From positions 42,243-106,242 of the forward strand of contig JAHDHX010000006.1 of NCBI GenBank assembly GCA_020631075.1: a stretch of DNA of 64,000 nt. The letters run 5' to 3'. Below, piece by piece: positions 37,506 through 47,690 of the stretch. Below the pieces are notes generated by a model that searched no databases, was not told where the DNA came from, and saw only the letters and a program-made list of their open reading frames with translations. The translations under genes were made by a program, and so were the position numbers. The DNA comes from Candidatus Altimarinota bacterium (GTDB lineage Bacteria > Patescibacteriota > Gracilibacteria > UBA4473). Numbering within the stretch: the first letter of the stretch is position 1; each line of letters opens with the position of its first letter.

Positions 37506-38237
37506 ATGGAATTCACCACCACCGAGCTCTGGCTCACCCTCCTGCACACCGCCGCCACCATCATTTCCAGCATCACCGGCTTCGGGGGGATGCTCCTCTT
37601 CTTCGGCCTCGGTTCATTCCTCCTCCCCGACGTCAAAGTCCTCCTGTTCCTCTCCGCCATCTCCGGCTGGTTCAAGGTTCTCACCTCCGCCTACCTCTTC
37701 CGCGCCGACATCCAGTGGCCAATCGTCCGCCGCACCCTCCTCTACGGGTTTCCGTTCACCGCGGTCGGCGCCTACCTCAATGGCTTCATCTCCAGTCGCC
37801 TGTTCCAGCTCCTCATCGGGGCCTTCATCTTGCTCTTTTTGCTCTCACGGTCATTTCCCCCGCACCGCCGCCCTCGCCTCACCCTGCAATCCCCTGCCCT
37901 GGCCCCCAGCTTGGGCGTCTGGGGGTTCATCTCGGGGCTCGTCGGTGCGGGTGGCCCCATCATCGTGGCGATTATGCAAGCCCTCTCCCTCCCCAAACGC
38001 GCCTTCGTCGCCACTCTCCAGCTCCTGTTTTTGATCTCCATCTCTATCAAAGGCCCCTTCTACTACCACGTCCCCTCCCCCTACACCGACAACCTCCCAC
38101 TGATCTCCCTCTTCATCGTCCTTTCCATCCTCGGCTCATTCATCGGCAAAGCCCTCAATGACCGCCTCTCCGAATCATTCTTCCAGAAACTTGTCATCAC
38201 CCTCCTGTTCATCTCCGCCATCAACCTCCTGCTCTAG
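37506..38237 (+). CDS. TSUP (TauE/SafE, DUF81) family anion exporter-like membrane protein
   Basis: 243-aa polytopic protein. Repeated GFGGMLLFFGL and GLVGAGGPIIV motifs. Confidence 0.8.
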   Translation: MEFTTTELWLTLLHTAATIISSITGFGGMLLFFGLGSFLLPDVKVLLFLSAISGWFKVLTSAYLFRADIQWPIVRRTLLYGFPFTAVGAYLNGFISSRLFQLLIGAFILLFLLSRSFPPHRRPRLTLQSPALAPSLGVWGFISGLVGAGGPIIVAIMQALSLPKRAFVATLQLLFLISISIKGPFYYHVPSPYTDNLPLISLFIVLSILGSFIGKALNDRLSESFFQKLVITLLFISAINLLL

Positions 38238-38246
38238 CCCCCTCAG

Positions 38247-38927
38247 TTGTTACCCATGCCCCACTCCCCTCCCCTCGACCTCTCCCCCTACCGCGCGATT
38301 TTTTTCGACTTCGACTACACCCTGGCGGACTCCGCCGCCCCCCTCACCCAAGCGCTGAATCTCGCCCTGCGCGACCTCGGCCACCCACAGTTCACTCGGC
38401 ACGACATCTGCCAGCACATGGGCAAACCCATCGAATGGATCATCGCCCACCTCCTCCAGACCACCGACCAAGCCACCGTTTTGCAGATCACCCACCTCTT
38501 CCGCCAACACGCCGAAGTCCTCATGCCACAGGGCACCCAGCTTTTTCCAGAATCCATCCCCACCCTCAGGGTCCTCCACCACACGCACCAGCTCGGCATC
38601 GTCACCACCAAGCCCCGCCCCCAGCTCGACCCCTGCCTGCACCAGCACCACATTTTTGACCTCTTTTCCTACCTCTGTGGCGGCGACCAGGTGGCCGAAT
38701 TCAAACCCCACCCGCAGGGCCTCCTTGAAGGACTAACCGCCCTCGACCTCACCCCCAGCCAGCTGCTGTTTGTGGGCGACAGCTTCGCTGACAGCGGCGC
38801 CGCCACCGCCGCAGGGGTTGACTTCATCGGGGTCACCTGTGGCAACCACACCGTGGCCGAGTTCCAGCAACACGCCCATCCAGTGGCCATCTTCCCCGAT
38901 GTCAGCTATCTTCTTCACCACACATAA
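38247..38927 (+). CDS. HAD-IA family hydrolase (phosphoglycolate phosphatase-like)
   Basis: Motif I FFDFDYTLADS, motif II GIVTTK, motif IV VGDSFADSGAA. Confidence 0.85.
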   Translation: MLPMPHSPPLDLSPYRAIFFDFDYTLADSAAPLTQALNLALRDLGHPQFTRHDICQHMGKPIEWIIAHLLQTTDQATVLQITHLFRQHAEVLMPQGTQLFPESIPTLRVLHHTHQLGIVTTKPRPQLDPCLHQHHIFDLFSYLCGGDQVAEFKPHPQGLLEGLTALDLTPSQLLFVGDSFADSGAATAAGVDFIGVTCGNHTVAEFQQHAHPVAIFPDVSYLLHHT

Positions 38928-39110
38928 ACCCCCCATTTCCCCTTTACACCCCCCCCATTCCCCCTACATTCTGACCGTTCTTTTGAGCTCTCCGTTTCGC
39001 ACCCCACCGTGCAGATAAATGAGCCCCCTCTCCGCGTTGTCCCCTCTTTTGGGGCCCTGCGTCAGTCACAGGGGCGGTCACCTTGGGCCCCCGCGAAGCA
39101 CCTTTCTTCT

Positions 39111-39137
39111 CGCCACCTCCGTGGTGTCATTTTTTTT
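39111..39137 (+). terminator. terminator-like hairpin plus T-run immediately upstream of the rpoB promoter-like TATAAA
   Basis: CGCCAC-ctcc-GTGGTG followed by tcaTTTTTTTT. TATAAA at 39137-39142 lies 9 nt before the rpoB ATG. Confidence 0.35.
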
Positions 39138-39151
39138 ATAAAGACTGCTTC

Positions 39152-42100
39152 ATGGCCCCCGTCGTCAAAAAAAATCTCAACCTCCCCGATCACCTTAAAC
39201 CCGCTAAGACAGAAGCAGGGCGTTATTTCTTTACCGACATCGGCGAAGACTTCCCCGTCCCCAACCTCATCGAAGTCCAAACCAATTCCTACAATTGGTT
39301 TTTGAAAAAAGGCCTCGACGAACTCATCCAAGAGATCAACCCCATCGAAGACGCCACTAAGAAAAAACTCCGCCTCGAAATCCTCAACTACGAAATCGAG
39401 AAACCCAAAAACCCGATCGACATCTGCAAGCGCAAGGGCATGACCTACGAATCCGTCATCCGCGCCCACGTCGCCCTGACCAACCTCGAGACAGGCGAGA
39501 TCAAAGAGCAAGACGTCTACTTCGGGCAGATTCCCCTCATCACCGACTACGGGACCTTCATCGTCAACGGCATCGAACGGATCATCGTCTCGCAGATCGT
39601 CCGCTCCCCGGGCATCTTCTTCCTGCCCAATATGTCCCTCCCTGGGTCATTTCAGGCCAAGATGATCCCCAAACGCGGCGCCTGGCTCGAAGTCGAAGTC
39701 GACAAACGCGGCGCCATGTGGGTCAAAGTTGACCGCAAGCGCAAGATCCCCGTCACGATGTTCATTCGGGCCTTTGGCTACAGCACCGACGAAGAAATCA
39801 AAGACCTCTTCAAGAAGCAATCCAAAGCCGTCGGCATCGACAAAGACTTCATCCGCAAAACCCTCGACCGCGACGACACCACCAACGACCGCGAAGCCTG
39901 GCAAGGCGTCTATAAGCGTATCCGCCCGGGCGACCTCGCCACCCCTGACAACGCGCGGAATTTCATTATGGACTTGTTCACCAACTACCGAAAATACGAC
40001 CTCGGCCCGATCGCTCGGTACAAGATAAACCAGAAATTCAACCTCAAGACCAAAACCGACGCCGAAGGCCGCGTGTTTAATATCTCCGACTTCATCGAGC
40101 TCGTCCGCGAGCTGATCTTGCTCAATAACAAACAAGGTTCAGGTCCCGACGACATCGACCACCTCTGCAACCGCCGCATCCGCGGCGTGGGTGAGCTCAT
40201 CCAAGCCAAATTCCGCGTTGGTCTCCTGCGGACAGAGCGCATCATCCGTGACAGGATGTCCATCGTCGAGCTCGAATCCGTCACCCCCACCCAGATCGTC
40301 AACTGTCGGCCCATCACGGCCGCCATGCACGAGTTCTTCGCCTCCAGCCAGCTCTCCCAGTTCATGGACCAGACCAACCCCCTCGCCGAGCTCGAGCACA
40401 AACGCCGCATCTCCGCCATGGGGCCAGGCGGCCTCACGCGGGAGCGCGCCAGCTTTGAAGTGCGTGACGTCCACCCCTCACACTACGGCCGCATCTGCCC
40501 CGTCACCACCCCCGAAGGGCCCAATATCGGTCTGGTGCTCCATCTGGCCACCTTTGCCAAGGTCAACGAAATGGGCTTCATCGAAACCCCCTACCGCACC
40601 GTGGCCACCACGGTCAAAAATGACGGAAAAGCCGCTATCGGTCGCCGCGCAGGCACCGACATCACCCTCGGCAAAGACAAAAAGCCCACCGTCACCCGCG
40701 GTCAGGTCATCACCAAAGCCACCGCCGAAAAACTCGGTAAAGACAAAGACCTCAAAGTCGTACCCGTTCACCCCTACGTCACGTCCGACGTCCAATACTA
40801 CAACGCCGACACCGAGAAATCTCTCTGCATCGCCCAAGCCAACTCCCCGCTTAATGAGCTCGGCGAGTTCATCGACGACTCCGTTTCCGCCCGTCGCGGG
40901 TTCGAGCCGGGCACCTACCCCGCCGACATCATTTCTCACATCGACGTCTCCCCCAAGCAAATCGTGTCGCTTTCCACCTCGATGATCTCCTTCCTCGAGC
41001 ACGACGACAACACCCGCGCCCTCATGGGGTCAAACATGCAGCGCCAAGCCGTCCCTCTCATCAAACCCGACTCCCCGATCGTCGGTACAGGTATGGAACG
41101 CATCACCTCCGCCACCCAGTGCATCCGCACCCCCGAGGCAGGTGAGGTCAAGTCCGCCGACTCGTCCGAGGTCGTCTTCGTCGGCGAGAGCGGCAAGAAA
41201 TACAAATACGAAGTCCGCAACTTCCAACGAACCAACCAGTCCACCTGCATCCACCATCGGGTGCAAGTCACCGCTGGGCAAAAGCTCAAAGCCAACGACG
41301 TGCTGATCGACGGGTCATCTGTGCAAGGGGGTGAAGCCGCCCTCGGCCAAAACCTCCTCGTCGCATACATGAGCTGGTCCGGCTACAACTTCGAGGACGC
41401 CGTCATCGTGTCAGACCGCGTCGTCCGCGAAGGCCTGTTTAACTCCATCCATATTGAAAAGTACGAGATGGACGTCCGCGACACTAAGCTCGGCCCAGAG
41501 GAAATGACCGCCGACATCCCCAATGTCGCCGCCAACCGACTCAAAGACCTTGACCACGAGGGGATAGTCCGCATCGGGTCAACCGTGCTCGCGGGCGACC
41601 TCTTGGCGGGGAAGGTCACCCCCAAAGGGGAAACCGAACTCACCGCGGAGGACCGACTCTTACGCGCCATCTTCGGTGAGAAAGCCCACGACGTGAAAGA
41701 CAGCTCCATGCGCCTCCCCCGTGGGAGCGGCGGAAAAGTCATCGACGTTGAGGTGCTCGACCGCGCCAAAGGCGACGACCTCCCCACCTCAGTGCTCAAA
41801 CGCATTCAGGTAAAAGTCGCCCAACTCCGTCACCTGCAAGCGGGTGACAAGATGGCTGGTCGCCACGGGAATAAAGGCGTCATCTCCAAGATCGTCCCCG
41901 TCGAAGATATGCCCCACCTCGAGGACGGCACACCCGTCGACATCATCTTGAATCCCCTCGGTGTCTCCTCACGGATGAACATCGGCCAAATTCTCGAAAC
42001 CCACCTCGGCATGGCCGCCCGCCAGATGGGCATCAAGATCGCCACCCCCGTCCTCGCTGGCATCAGCATCGAACAGATCCAAGAATTCCTGAAATCCAAC

Positions 42101-42742
42101 GACATGCCCGAAGACGGCAAGTTCCAGCTCTACGACGGCCGCACGGGTGAACCCTTCGACCACAAAACCGTCGTCGGTATTGCCTACATGTTGAAACTCA
42201 TCCACTTGGTCGAAGACAAAGTCCACGCTCGGTCCGTCGGGCCCTACTCACTCGTCACCCAGCAACCATTTGGTGGGAAGGCGCAAAACGGTGGCCAACG
42301 TTTCGGTGAGATGGAAGTCTGGGCCCTCGAAGCCTACGGTGCCGCCCACACCCTGCAAGAAATCCTCACCGTCAAGTCCGACGACGTCCACGGCCGCTCC
42401 AAAGCCTACGAGCACATCGTGAAGGGCATGGACATCGAGCTCGGGTCTATCCCCGAGTCATTCAACGTCTTGGTCAAAGAGCTCCAATCCCTCTGTCTCA
42501 AGGTCGACCTGATGAAAGACGGCCGCACCATGGACGGCGACAGCATCCACCTTGATGTTGAGGACGACCCCGACACCTTCGCCATCGAGCAATCATCCGA
42601 CGTCACCCAGGTCGACGACTCTGGCACGTCAGCCGCCGCAGGTGCGGGCATCTCGCTGGAGGGCGAAGCCACTGGCGTCGAAGACAACACCACCGACGCT
42701 GTCAGTGACTCAGGCGACAGCCCTGACACCCCCGCTGCATAA
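39152..42742 (+). CDS. rpoB: DNA-directed RNA polymerase subunit beta
   Basis: Track ORF trimmed to ATG 39152 (MAPVVKK). Conserved blocks GNKGVISKIVPVEDMP, NPLGVSSRMNIGQILETHLG and GEMEVWALEAYGAAHTLQEILTVKSDD. About 75-aa acidic C-terminal tail. Confidence 0.95.
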   Translation: MAPVVKKNLNLPDHLKPAKTEAGRYFFTDIGEDFPVPNLIEVQTNSYNWFLKKGLDELIQEINPIEDATKKKLRLEILNYEIEKPKNPIDICKRKGMTYESVIRAHVALTNLETGEIKEQDVYFGQIPLITDYGTFIVNGIERIIVSQIVRSPGIFFLPNMSLPGSFQAKMIPKRGAWLEVEVDKRGAMWVKVDRKRKIPVTMFIRAFGYSTDEEIKDLFKKQSKAVGIDKDFIRKTLDRDDTTNDREAWQGVYKRIRPGDLATPDNARNFIMDLFTNYRKYDLGPIARYKINQKFNLKTKTDAEGRVFNISDFIELVRELILLNNKQGSGPDDIDHLCNRRIRGVGELIQAKFRVGLLRTERIIRDRMSIVELESVTPTQIVNCRPITAAMHEFFASSQLSQFMDQTNPLAELEHKRRISAMGPGGLTRERASFEVRDVHPSHYGRICPVTTPEGPNIGLVLHLATFAKVNEMGFIETPYRTVATTVKNDGKAAIGRRAGTDITLGKDKKPTVTRGQVITKATAEKLGKDKDLKVVPVHPYVTSDVQYYNADTEKSLCIAQANSPLNELGEFIDDSVSARRGFEPGTYPADIISHIDVSPKQIVSLSTSMISFLEHDDNTRALMGSNMQRQAVPLIKPDSPIVGTGMERITSATQCIRTPEAGEVKSADSSEVVFVGESGKKYKYEVRNFQRTNQSTCIHHRVQVTAGQKLKANDVLIDGSSVQGGEAALGQNLLVAYMSWSGYNFEDAVIVSDRVVREGLFNSIHIEKYEMDVRDTKLGPEEMTADIPNVAANRLKDLDHEGIVRIGSTVLAGDLLAGKVTPKGETELTAEDRLLRAIFGEKAHDVKDSSMRLPRGSGGKVIDVEVLDRAKGDDLPTSVLKRIQVKVAQLRHLQAGDKMAGRHGNKGVISKIVPVEDMPHLEDGTPVDIILNPLGVSSRMNIGQILETHLGMAARQMGIKIATPVLAGISIEQIQEFLKSNDMPEDGKFQLYDGRTGEPFDHKTVVGIAYMLKLIHLVEDKVHARSVGPYSLVTQQPFGGKAQNGGQRFGEMEVWALEAYGAAHTLQEILTVKSDDVHGRSKAYEHIVKGMDIELGSIPESFNVLVKELQSLCLKVDLMKDGRTMDGDSIHLDVEDDPDTFAIEQSSDVTQVDDSGTSAAAGAGISLEGEATGVEDNTTDAVSDSGDSPDTPAA

Positions 42743-42791
42743 CCAGCAGCACACAGGAGCCTGACTCTACAGGCTCCTCACCTACTCCAAA

Positions 42792-42823
42792 AGCCCTGAG
42801 GATCACCTCAGGGCTTTTTTTTT
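42792..42823 (+). terminator. strong intrinsic terminator after rpoB
   Basis: AGCCCTGAGG-atca-CCTCAGGGCT followed by T8. A second hairpin, AGGAGCC...GGCTCCT, lies at about 42754-42777. Confidence 0.7.
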
Positions 42824-42859
42824 ACCATCAAATATTCACCCCCTCTCCAGCACTCCCCC

Positions 42860-43681
42860 CTACTCTTTCAGCGCCGCCCGCATATCACTTATAAACCCCT
42901 CCGCCGCGGGCAGCTGCACCTGCGCTTCGTCCAGCAGCCGCTGGGCCGAAGCCCGCCAGCGATACGCCAGCACATGGTCAGGCTCCTCCCGCAGTTTGAG
43001 CATCAGCAACTGCGCTTGAAATATATCCACCAGCGCCAGACTACGGTTCGACAGCGTCACCGTCTTCAGTCGGTGTATCCCATCCCAGATCATCACCTCC
43101 ACCACCTCACTGTCCCCCGCCTCATCCAGCACCAGGTCCCGCACCCGCATCGCCACTTGTTCTATTTCTTGCAGTGTTTCACGGTTTTCGTGTTGGCCAT
43201 ACGCCGTGTCCACGCCCCACGCCGTCCGCACGACAAATTTCCGCGTCGCCACCTCGGTCACTTCTTCTCGCGGCGTCCACAGCCCCAGTCGCCGCGCCGT
43301 CGCCACCCCCGCGCTATACCACGGCGCACCCGCCTCCGCTGGCGCCAGGTCATACGCTCGGTGCAGCAGCGTCAACCACTCCGCCTTGGTCAGCACCGCG
43401 TCATCTGGCGGCACTTCATCAATGATCCCCAAACTCACCGCCGTCTCCAGGTTGCCTTCCGTTTCGGTCAGCTTCATCAAAAAGCCCACCGCGTGGGACT
43501 TCAGGATTGTTTCATCCAACCGTGCCTCCCCGTCTATCCCGCCAAATATTCCTCGCTGGTGTAAAATTTCCACCCGCAGCTGGTCATACACCCCCGACAC
43601 ATCCTCGAAGAGCGCCCAAGTCGTCCCCCCCAGCAGGCCCACACACAGCGTCAGCAGCAGTCCATATTTCAGCTTCATCAC
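42860..43681 (-). CDS. secreted hypothetical protein with N-terminal SLH-like segment
   Basis: Signal peptide MMKLKYGLLLTLCVGLLGGTTWA. FEDVSGVYDQLRVEILHQRGIFGGIDGEARLDETILKSHAVGFLMK loosely fits the S-layer-homology pattern. Confidence 0.5.
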   Translation of the reverse strand: MMKLKYGLLLTLCVGLLGGTTWALFEDVSGVYDQLRVEILHQRGIFGGIDGEARLDETILKSHAVGFLMKLTETEGNLETAVSLGIIDEVPPDDAVLTKAEWLTLLHRAYDLAPAEAGAPWYSAGVATARRLGLWTPREEVTEVATRKFVVRTAWGVDTAYGQHENRETLQEIEQVAMRVRDLVLDEAGDSEVVEVMIWDGIHRLKTVTLSNRSLALVDIFQAQLLMLKLREEPDHVLAYRWRASAQRLLDEAQVQLPAAEGFISDMRAALKE

Positions 43682-43727
43682 TGTGAATCTAAACCCTCAG
43701 CACCTGCCAGGCAAGACGATCTCCCCC

Positions 43728-46700
43728 CTACTTCCCCCCCAACATCCCGATCTCCCCACACAGCTCTTTATACCAGTGCACCGACAGCCCATCCAGCTGC
43801 AGCTTCAGCGCCTCCGCCGTCACCTTCCACTGGTGGGGTGACCCACGCAGCAGCCCCATCAGCTGATCAGGCTTAAACCCACTCCCCAGCCGTAGCACTA
43901 TTTCATACGACCGTCGCGTCGCCTTACGGATCCGCACCCCCACCAGGTTCGCATCCCGCAGGAGCAGCTTCAGACGGATCACACGGATTAGGTTTTCCAC
44001 CTCCTCGGGCAACGTCCCGTAATCATCCTTCAGGCTGAGCCGCAGCTCGCGCAGCCCCTCTTCTGTCGTCACCCCCGCCAGCTCTTGGTACAGGCGGATT
44101 TTCTCATCACTCGAAGGAATGTACGTCGCGGGGATGTACGCCGACAACGGCACCTCCACCGTAATGTTCTCCGTTTCCTCTATTTCCTCGCTCAGCTCCC
44201 CCGCCTTCATTTTTTCGATGGTCTTGTTCAGCATACGGATGAAGTGACTCACCCCCACCGTCTTCATCGCCCCGCTCTGGCTCGCCCCCAGCACTTCCCC
44301 CGCCCCACGGATTTCCAAGTCCCGCATCGCTATCTGGAACCCACTCCCCAGCTCCGCCGCCTCCACGATCGCCCGCAACCGTTTCCGAGCCTCTATTTCC
44401 AGCTTCTGTCCGTGGTACAGGAAGTACGCATACGCCTGCGTGCGGCTCCGCCCCACGCGTCCCCGCAGCTGGTACAGCTGCGACAAGCCAAATTTCTCCG
44501 CACGGTTGACCAGCAACGTGTTCGCCCGCGCCAGGTCAATCCCATTTTCAATGATCGTCGAAGCCACCAGCACGTGTGCTTTCCCCTCCTTGAAGTTATG
44601 TATCCGCTTTTCCAGCTCCTGCGGGCTCAGCTGCCCATGCGCAATGATAAACTTCGCCTCAGGTATCAACGCCCGCAGCTGCATGGTTTGCCCCTCGATG
44701 GTTTTCACCTCATTGTGGAGGAAATACACCTGCCCCCCCCGCTCTATCTCCAGCAATATCCGCTCACGGATCAAGTTCAGGTTATACTTCCGCACCTCCG
44801 TCACCACGGGCAACCGCCCAGGCGGCGGCGTGGTAATGGTTGAAATATCCTTGAGCTTATTCAGGCTCATGTTCAGCGTTCGGGGTATCGGCGTCGCCGT
44901 CATCGTCAGCAGGTCCACATTCGCCCGCAGTTTTTTTATCTTTTCCTTTTGCTTCACCCCAAACCGCTGTTCCTCGTCGATCACCAGCAACCCCAGATTT
45001 TCAAAATCAATATCCTTCGACAGCAGACGGTGCGTCCCAATGATGATGTCCACCAACCCCGTTTTGAGGTTCACTATGATTTTCTTCTGCTCCGCCGCCG
45101 TCTGAAACCGAGTTAAGAGCGCCACTCGCACCCCATAGTCCACCTCCCCGATCCGCTTCATCAAACTTTCATAGTGCTGCTCCGCCAGGATGGTTATCGG
45201 CGCCAAGATAGCAGCCTGCTTCCCACTGACAAAAGCCTTAAACGCCGACCGCATCGCGATCTCCGTCTTCCCAAACCCGACATCCCCACACACCAGTCGG
45301 TCCATCACCTTCGGCGACTCCATATCCCGCTGCACATCCGCCCACGCACTAGCCTGCCCAGGGGTCAGTTCATATGGGAAGGCCTGACAAAATTGCTTCA
45401 GTCTCTCATCTTCCGCTACAAATTTCTGACCCCTAGCCATCTCCCGCGCGGCGTAGAGCTTCAGCAAGTCCCCCGCGATTTTTTCCGTCTCTTTTTTAAT
45501 CTTTCGCTGCGTCTTGGCCCACTCGGCCGAACCCAGTCGCGTCAGCTTCGGCACATCATCCCCGATAAATTTCACCACCTTTTCCGCCGACTCCACCGGC
45601 AGATACAGCTTGTCATTGTGCGCATACTCCAGCTTCAGGTACTCGCGTATCCCCCCCCACGCGTCTCCCATATCCCGCTGCACTATCCCCCCAAACTGCG
45701 CCAACCCATGGTCAGAGTGCACCACATAGTCATTGGGCTTCAGACTCGTGACAAAGTTCACATTCATCCCCGCCACCGCCGCTTTTCCCGCCCGACGGCT
45801 AAACTGAAATATCTCCCGATCCGTCAGAAACAGAATCTTCTGCTCATTGTTCTGAAACGAATGCGGCAAAAACGCTTCCCCCCCCACAGGAATGATCTTC
45901 AGCGTCGAAGGCGTTTCGTCTGCCAGATCCTGCGTATACATCACCTTCTTGTCCTGCAATATCCCCTCCACTTCATCCAGTCGCTTCGTCGCTATCACTA
46001 TTGTGTACTCCCGCCGCAGCCGCTCTTTCATGTCCACCACGAAGTCCTGCAGCGTATAAAACGGCAACACCGAGAAAAAATTCAAATGAAAAAACCGCTC
46101 TTCCTCCTGCGGGAAGGTCGTAAATTTCAGCTTCCGCATCCCGATCTGCTCACAGACATCTTGGTCCAAATCATCCGAGATAAACACATTGTCTTTCCCC
46201 TCCAGCCATTCCATCAGTTTTCCACTCATCCCCGCTATTTCCACTGGCGTCAGCGTCACCTTCTTGACCGCCTTCCCGAGGGTTTCGCCCGTCAACGTGT
46301 CCACTTTCGTTATCCGTTCCACCTCATCCCCAAAAAGCTCCAAACGGTAACACCCCTCACTATCGAGCGGATACACCAGCAAGTTTTCCCCCGTCCGTAA
46401 AAATTCCCCAGGCCGCACATGGCGGTCTTCCGCTGGCTCATACCCCATCGCTTCCAGCTGCCCAAACAGCTTAAATATCTCCACCGTCTCCCCCGCCGTC
46501 ACCGTCAACAGATGTTTTTTCAGCTCCACCTTCGACGGCACCACCGACGCCAGCGCCGCCGCAATGTCTTCAAACAGAAAGATTTGCCGCCGCTTCCGCC
46601 CGAGCGCCCGCTGCAATTGGTAAAAATCCCCCATCTGCACCTCTCTCGGCACGAGGTGTATCTCCTCCGTCAGGAAGCACGCCGCACTCTGCGCCAGGTC

Positions 46701-46901
46701 ATCCGCCTGCTCATCCTGCGACGCCCACAGCACATGGCCCCCCTCGGGCAGGTGCTCCAGCAACCGCTGCACCGTGAAGCTCTTGGCCGCAGGGTTCGCT
46801 AAATTCACTAAACTCAATGTCTCTTTTCCCCCCAGCACCTTCGCTGGCTCCGTCAGGTCCAGCTCAAAAGGCAACCGAAACGTCATCGCTGCTTTCGTCA
46901 T
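43728..46901 (-). CDS. mfd: transcription-repair coupling factor
   Basis: 1057 aa. CarD-like DYVVHSDHGLAQFGGI, Walker A LVCGDVGFGKTEIA, DEEQRFGV, helicase C-terminal and TRCF domains. Confidence 0.95.
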   Translation of the reverse strand: MTKAAMTFRLPFELDLTEPAKVLGGKETLSLVNLANPAAKSFTVQRLLEHLPEGGHVLWASQDEQADDLAQSAACFLTEEIHLVPREVQMGDFYQLQRALGRKRRQIFLFEDIAAALASVVPSKVELKKHLLTVTAGETVEIFKLFGQLEAMGYEPAEDRHVRPGEFLRTGENLLVYPLDSEGCYRLELFGDEVERITKVDTLTGETLGKAVKKVTLTPVEIAGMSGKLMEWLEGKDNVFISDDLDQDVCEQIGMRKLKFTTFPQEEERFFHLNFFSVLPFYTLQDFVVDMKERLRREYTIVIATKRLDEVEGILQDKKVMYTQDLADETPSTLKIIPVGGEAFLPHSFQNNEQKILFLTDREIFQFSRRAGKAAVAGMNVNFVTSLKPNDYVVHSDHGLAQFGGIVQRDMGDAWGGIREYLKLEYAHNDKLYLPVESAEKVVKFIGDDVPKLTRLGSAEWAKTQRKIKKETEKIAGDLLKLYAAREMARGQKFVAEDERLKQFCQAFPYELTPGQASAWADVQRDMESPKVMDRLVCGDVGFGKTEIAMRSAFKAFVSGKQAAILAPITILAEQHYESLMKRIGEVDYGVRVALLTRFQTAAEQKKIIVNLKTGLVDIIIGTHRLLSKDIDFENLGLLVIDEEQRFGVKQKEKIKKLRANVDLLTMTATPIPRTLNMSLNKLKDISTITTPPPGRLPVVTEVRKYNLNLIRERILLEIERGGQVYFLHNEVKTIEGQTMQLRALIPEAKFIIAHGQLSPQELEKRIHNFKEGKAHVLVASTIIENGIDLARANTLLVNRAEKFGLSQLYQLRGRVGRSRTQAYAYFLYHGQKLEIEARKRLRAIVEAAELGSGFQIAMRDLEIRGAGEVLGASQSGAMKTVGVSHFIRMLNKTIEKMKAGELSEEIEETENITVEVPLSAYIPATYIPSSDEKIRLYQELAGVTTEEGLRELRLSLKDDYGTLPEEVENLIRVIRLKLLLRDANLVGVRIRKATRRSYEIVLRLGSGFKPDQLMGLLRGSPHQWKVTAEALKLQLDGLSVHWYKELCGEIGMLGGK

Positions 46902-46906
46902 GCAAA

Positions 46907-46915
46907 ATTATATCA
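46907..46915 (-). promoter_or_regulatory. extended -10 promoter element (TGATATAAT) 5 nt upstream of the mfd ATG
   Basis: The - strand reads TGATATAAT-tttgc-ATG, which implies a leaderless or near-leaderless mfd mRNA. Confidence 0.35.
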
Positions 46916-47059
46916 AGCAATGTTCAGCATTCTCGCTGATTCACTCAGGCATAAGCCCGGAAATCTCCCCCCATGTATTAAAACGACCCCCGAGAGTGTC
47001 GCACTCTGGGTCACCGCGGAGTATGGCCAGGCCGACCCCCCTGTCAAATTTTCTCAGAC

Positions 47060-47686
47060 TTAGGTCAAATCCACTGGCTTACACGCCCTCATCATCTCAT
47101 TCGCTTTCATTAAACCTTTAGCCCAACGCGGACGTGCTTCTATAAAATCCTGAAGAGAAACCTGGTAGTTGTTTTTTGAGTATACTCGATTTATCTTTCC
47201 TATATCATGGGAAATATCTGGAATTCGATATTCTACTTCAAATTCATTTCCATTATTCTTTTCTCTAGATCGACCAGACAAATAATGTACAGGATTATCA
47301 TCCTGCCCATTTTCATATAAATATGGATGAAATGTCTGCTCATACTCTCCTCCATTGATCTCTTCTGCATTCTTTATAATTTCTTCCCCCACTTTCATCA
47401 TCTGCTTTTTCACCCCAGACAATAAGAAAATTTCAAGCCTAGAATAATTCAGTTTATTTTTCAAAAAAACAACATAGCCATTCAAATCAGACAAAAAACT
47501 ATGATTATTTTCATTATCTAAAACTCTCCATATTTTTGCAGCTCTTTTAATACCTCCCCTCGCCATCCCATTGATCAGCACATACAGCCCGATCAACTGT
47601 GTCGCATACTGCTCCTTTTCGGTCAACCTTTCCGCCCCCTCCCCGCTGAAAGGACAACGTCCCAAATTCTTATCAAGTTTTTTCAT
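47060..47686 (-). CDS. hypothetical protein, tandem paralog A (208 aa), AT-rich
   Basis: Shares with paralog B the N-terminal CPFSGEGAERLTEKEQYATQLIGLYVLINGMARG and the C-terminal ACKPVDL. The core is diverged. Confidence 0.6.
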   Translation of the reverse strand: MKKLDKNLGRCPFSGEGAERLTEKEQYATQLIGLYVLINGMARGGIKRAAKIWRVLDNENNHSFLSDLNGYVVFLKNKLNYSRLEIFLLSGVKKQMMKVGEEIIKNAEEINGGEYEQTFHPYLYENGQDDNPVHYLSGRSREKNNGNEFEVEYRIPDISHDIGKINRVYSKNNYQVSLQDFIEARPRWAKGLMKANEMMRACKPVDLT

Positions 47687-47690
47687 TAAT

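Noticed and set aside
39051-39137. rpoB leader hairpins as a transcription attenuator, by analogy with the rplL-rpoB attenuator.
   Set aside because: A -10-like TATAAA directly after the T-run suggests the hairpin terminates upstream transcription and that rpoB has its own promoter. This cannot be decided from sequence alone, so only the structures are reported.
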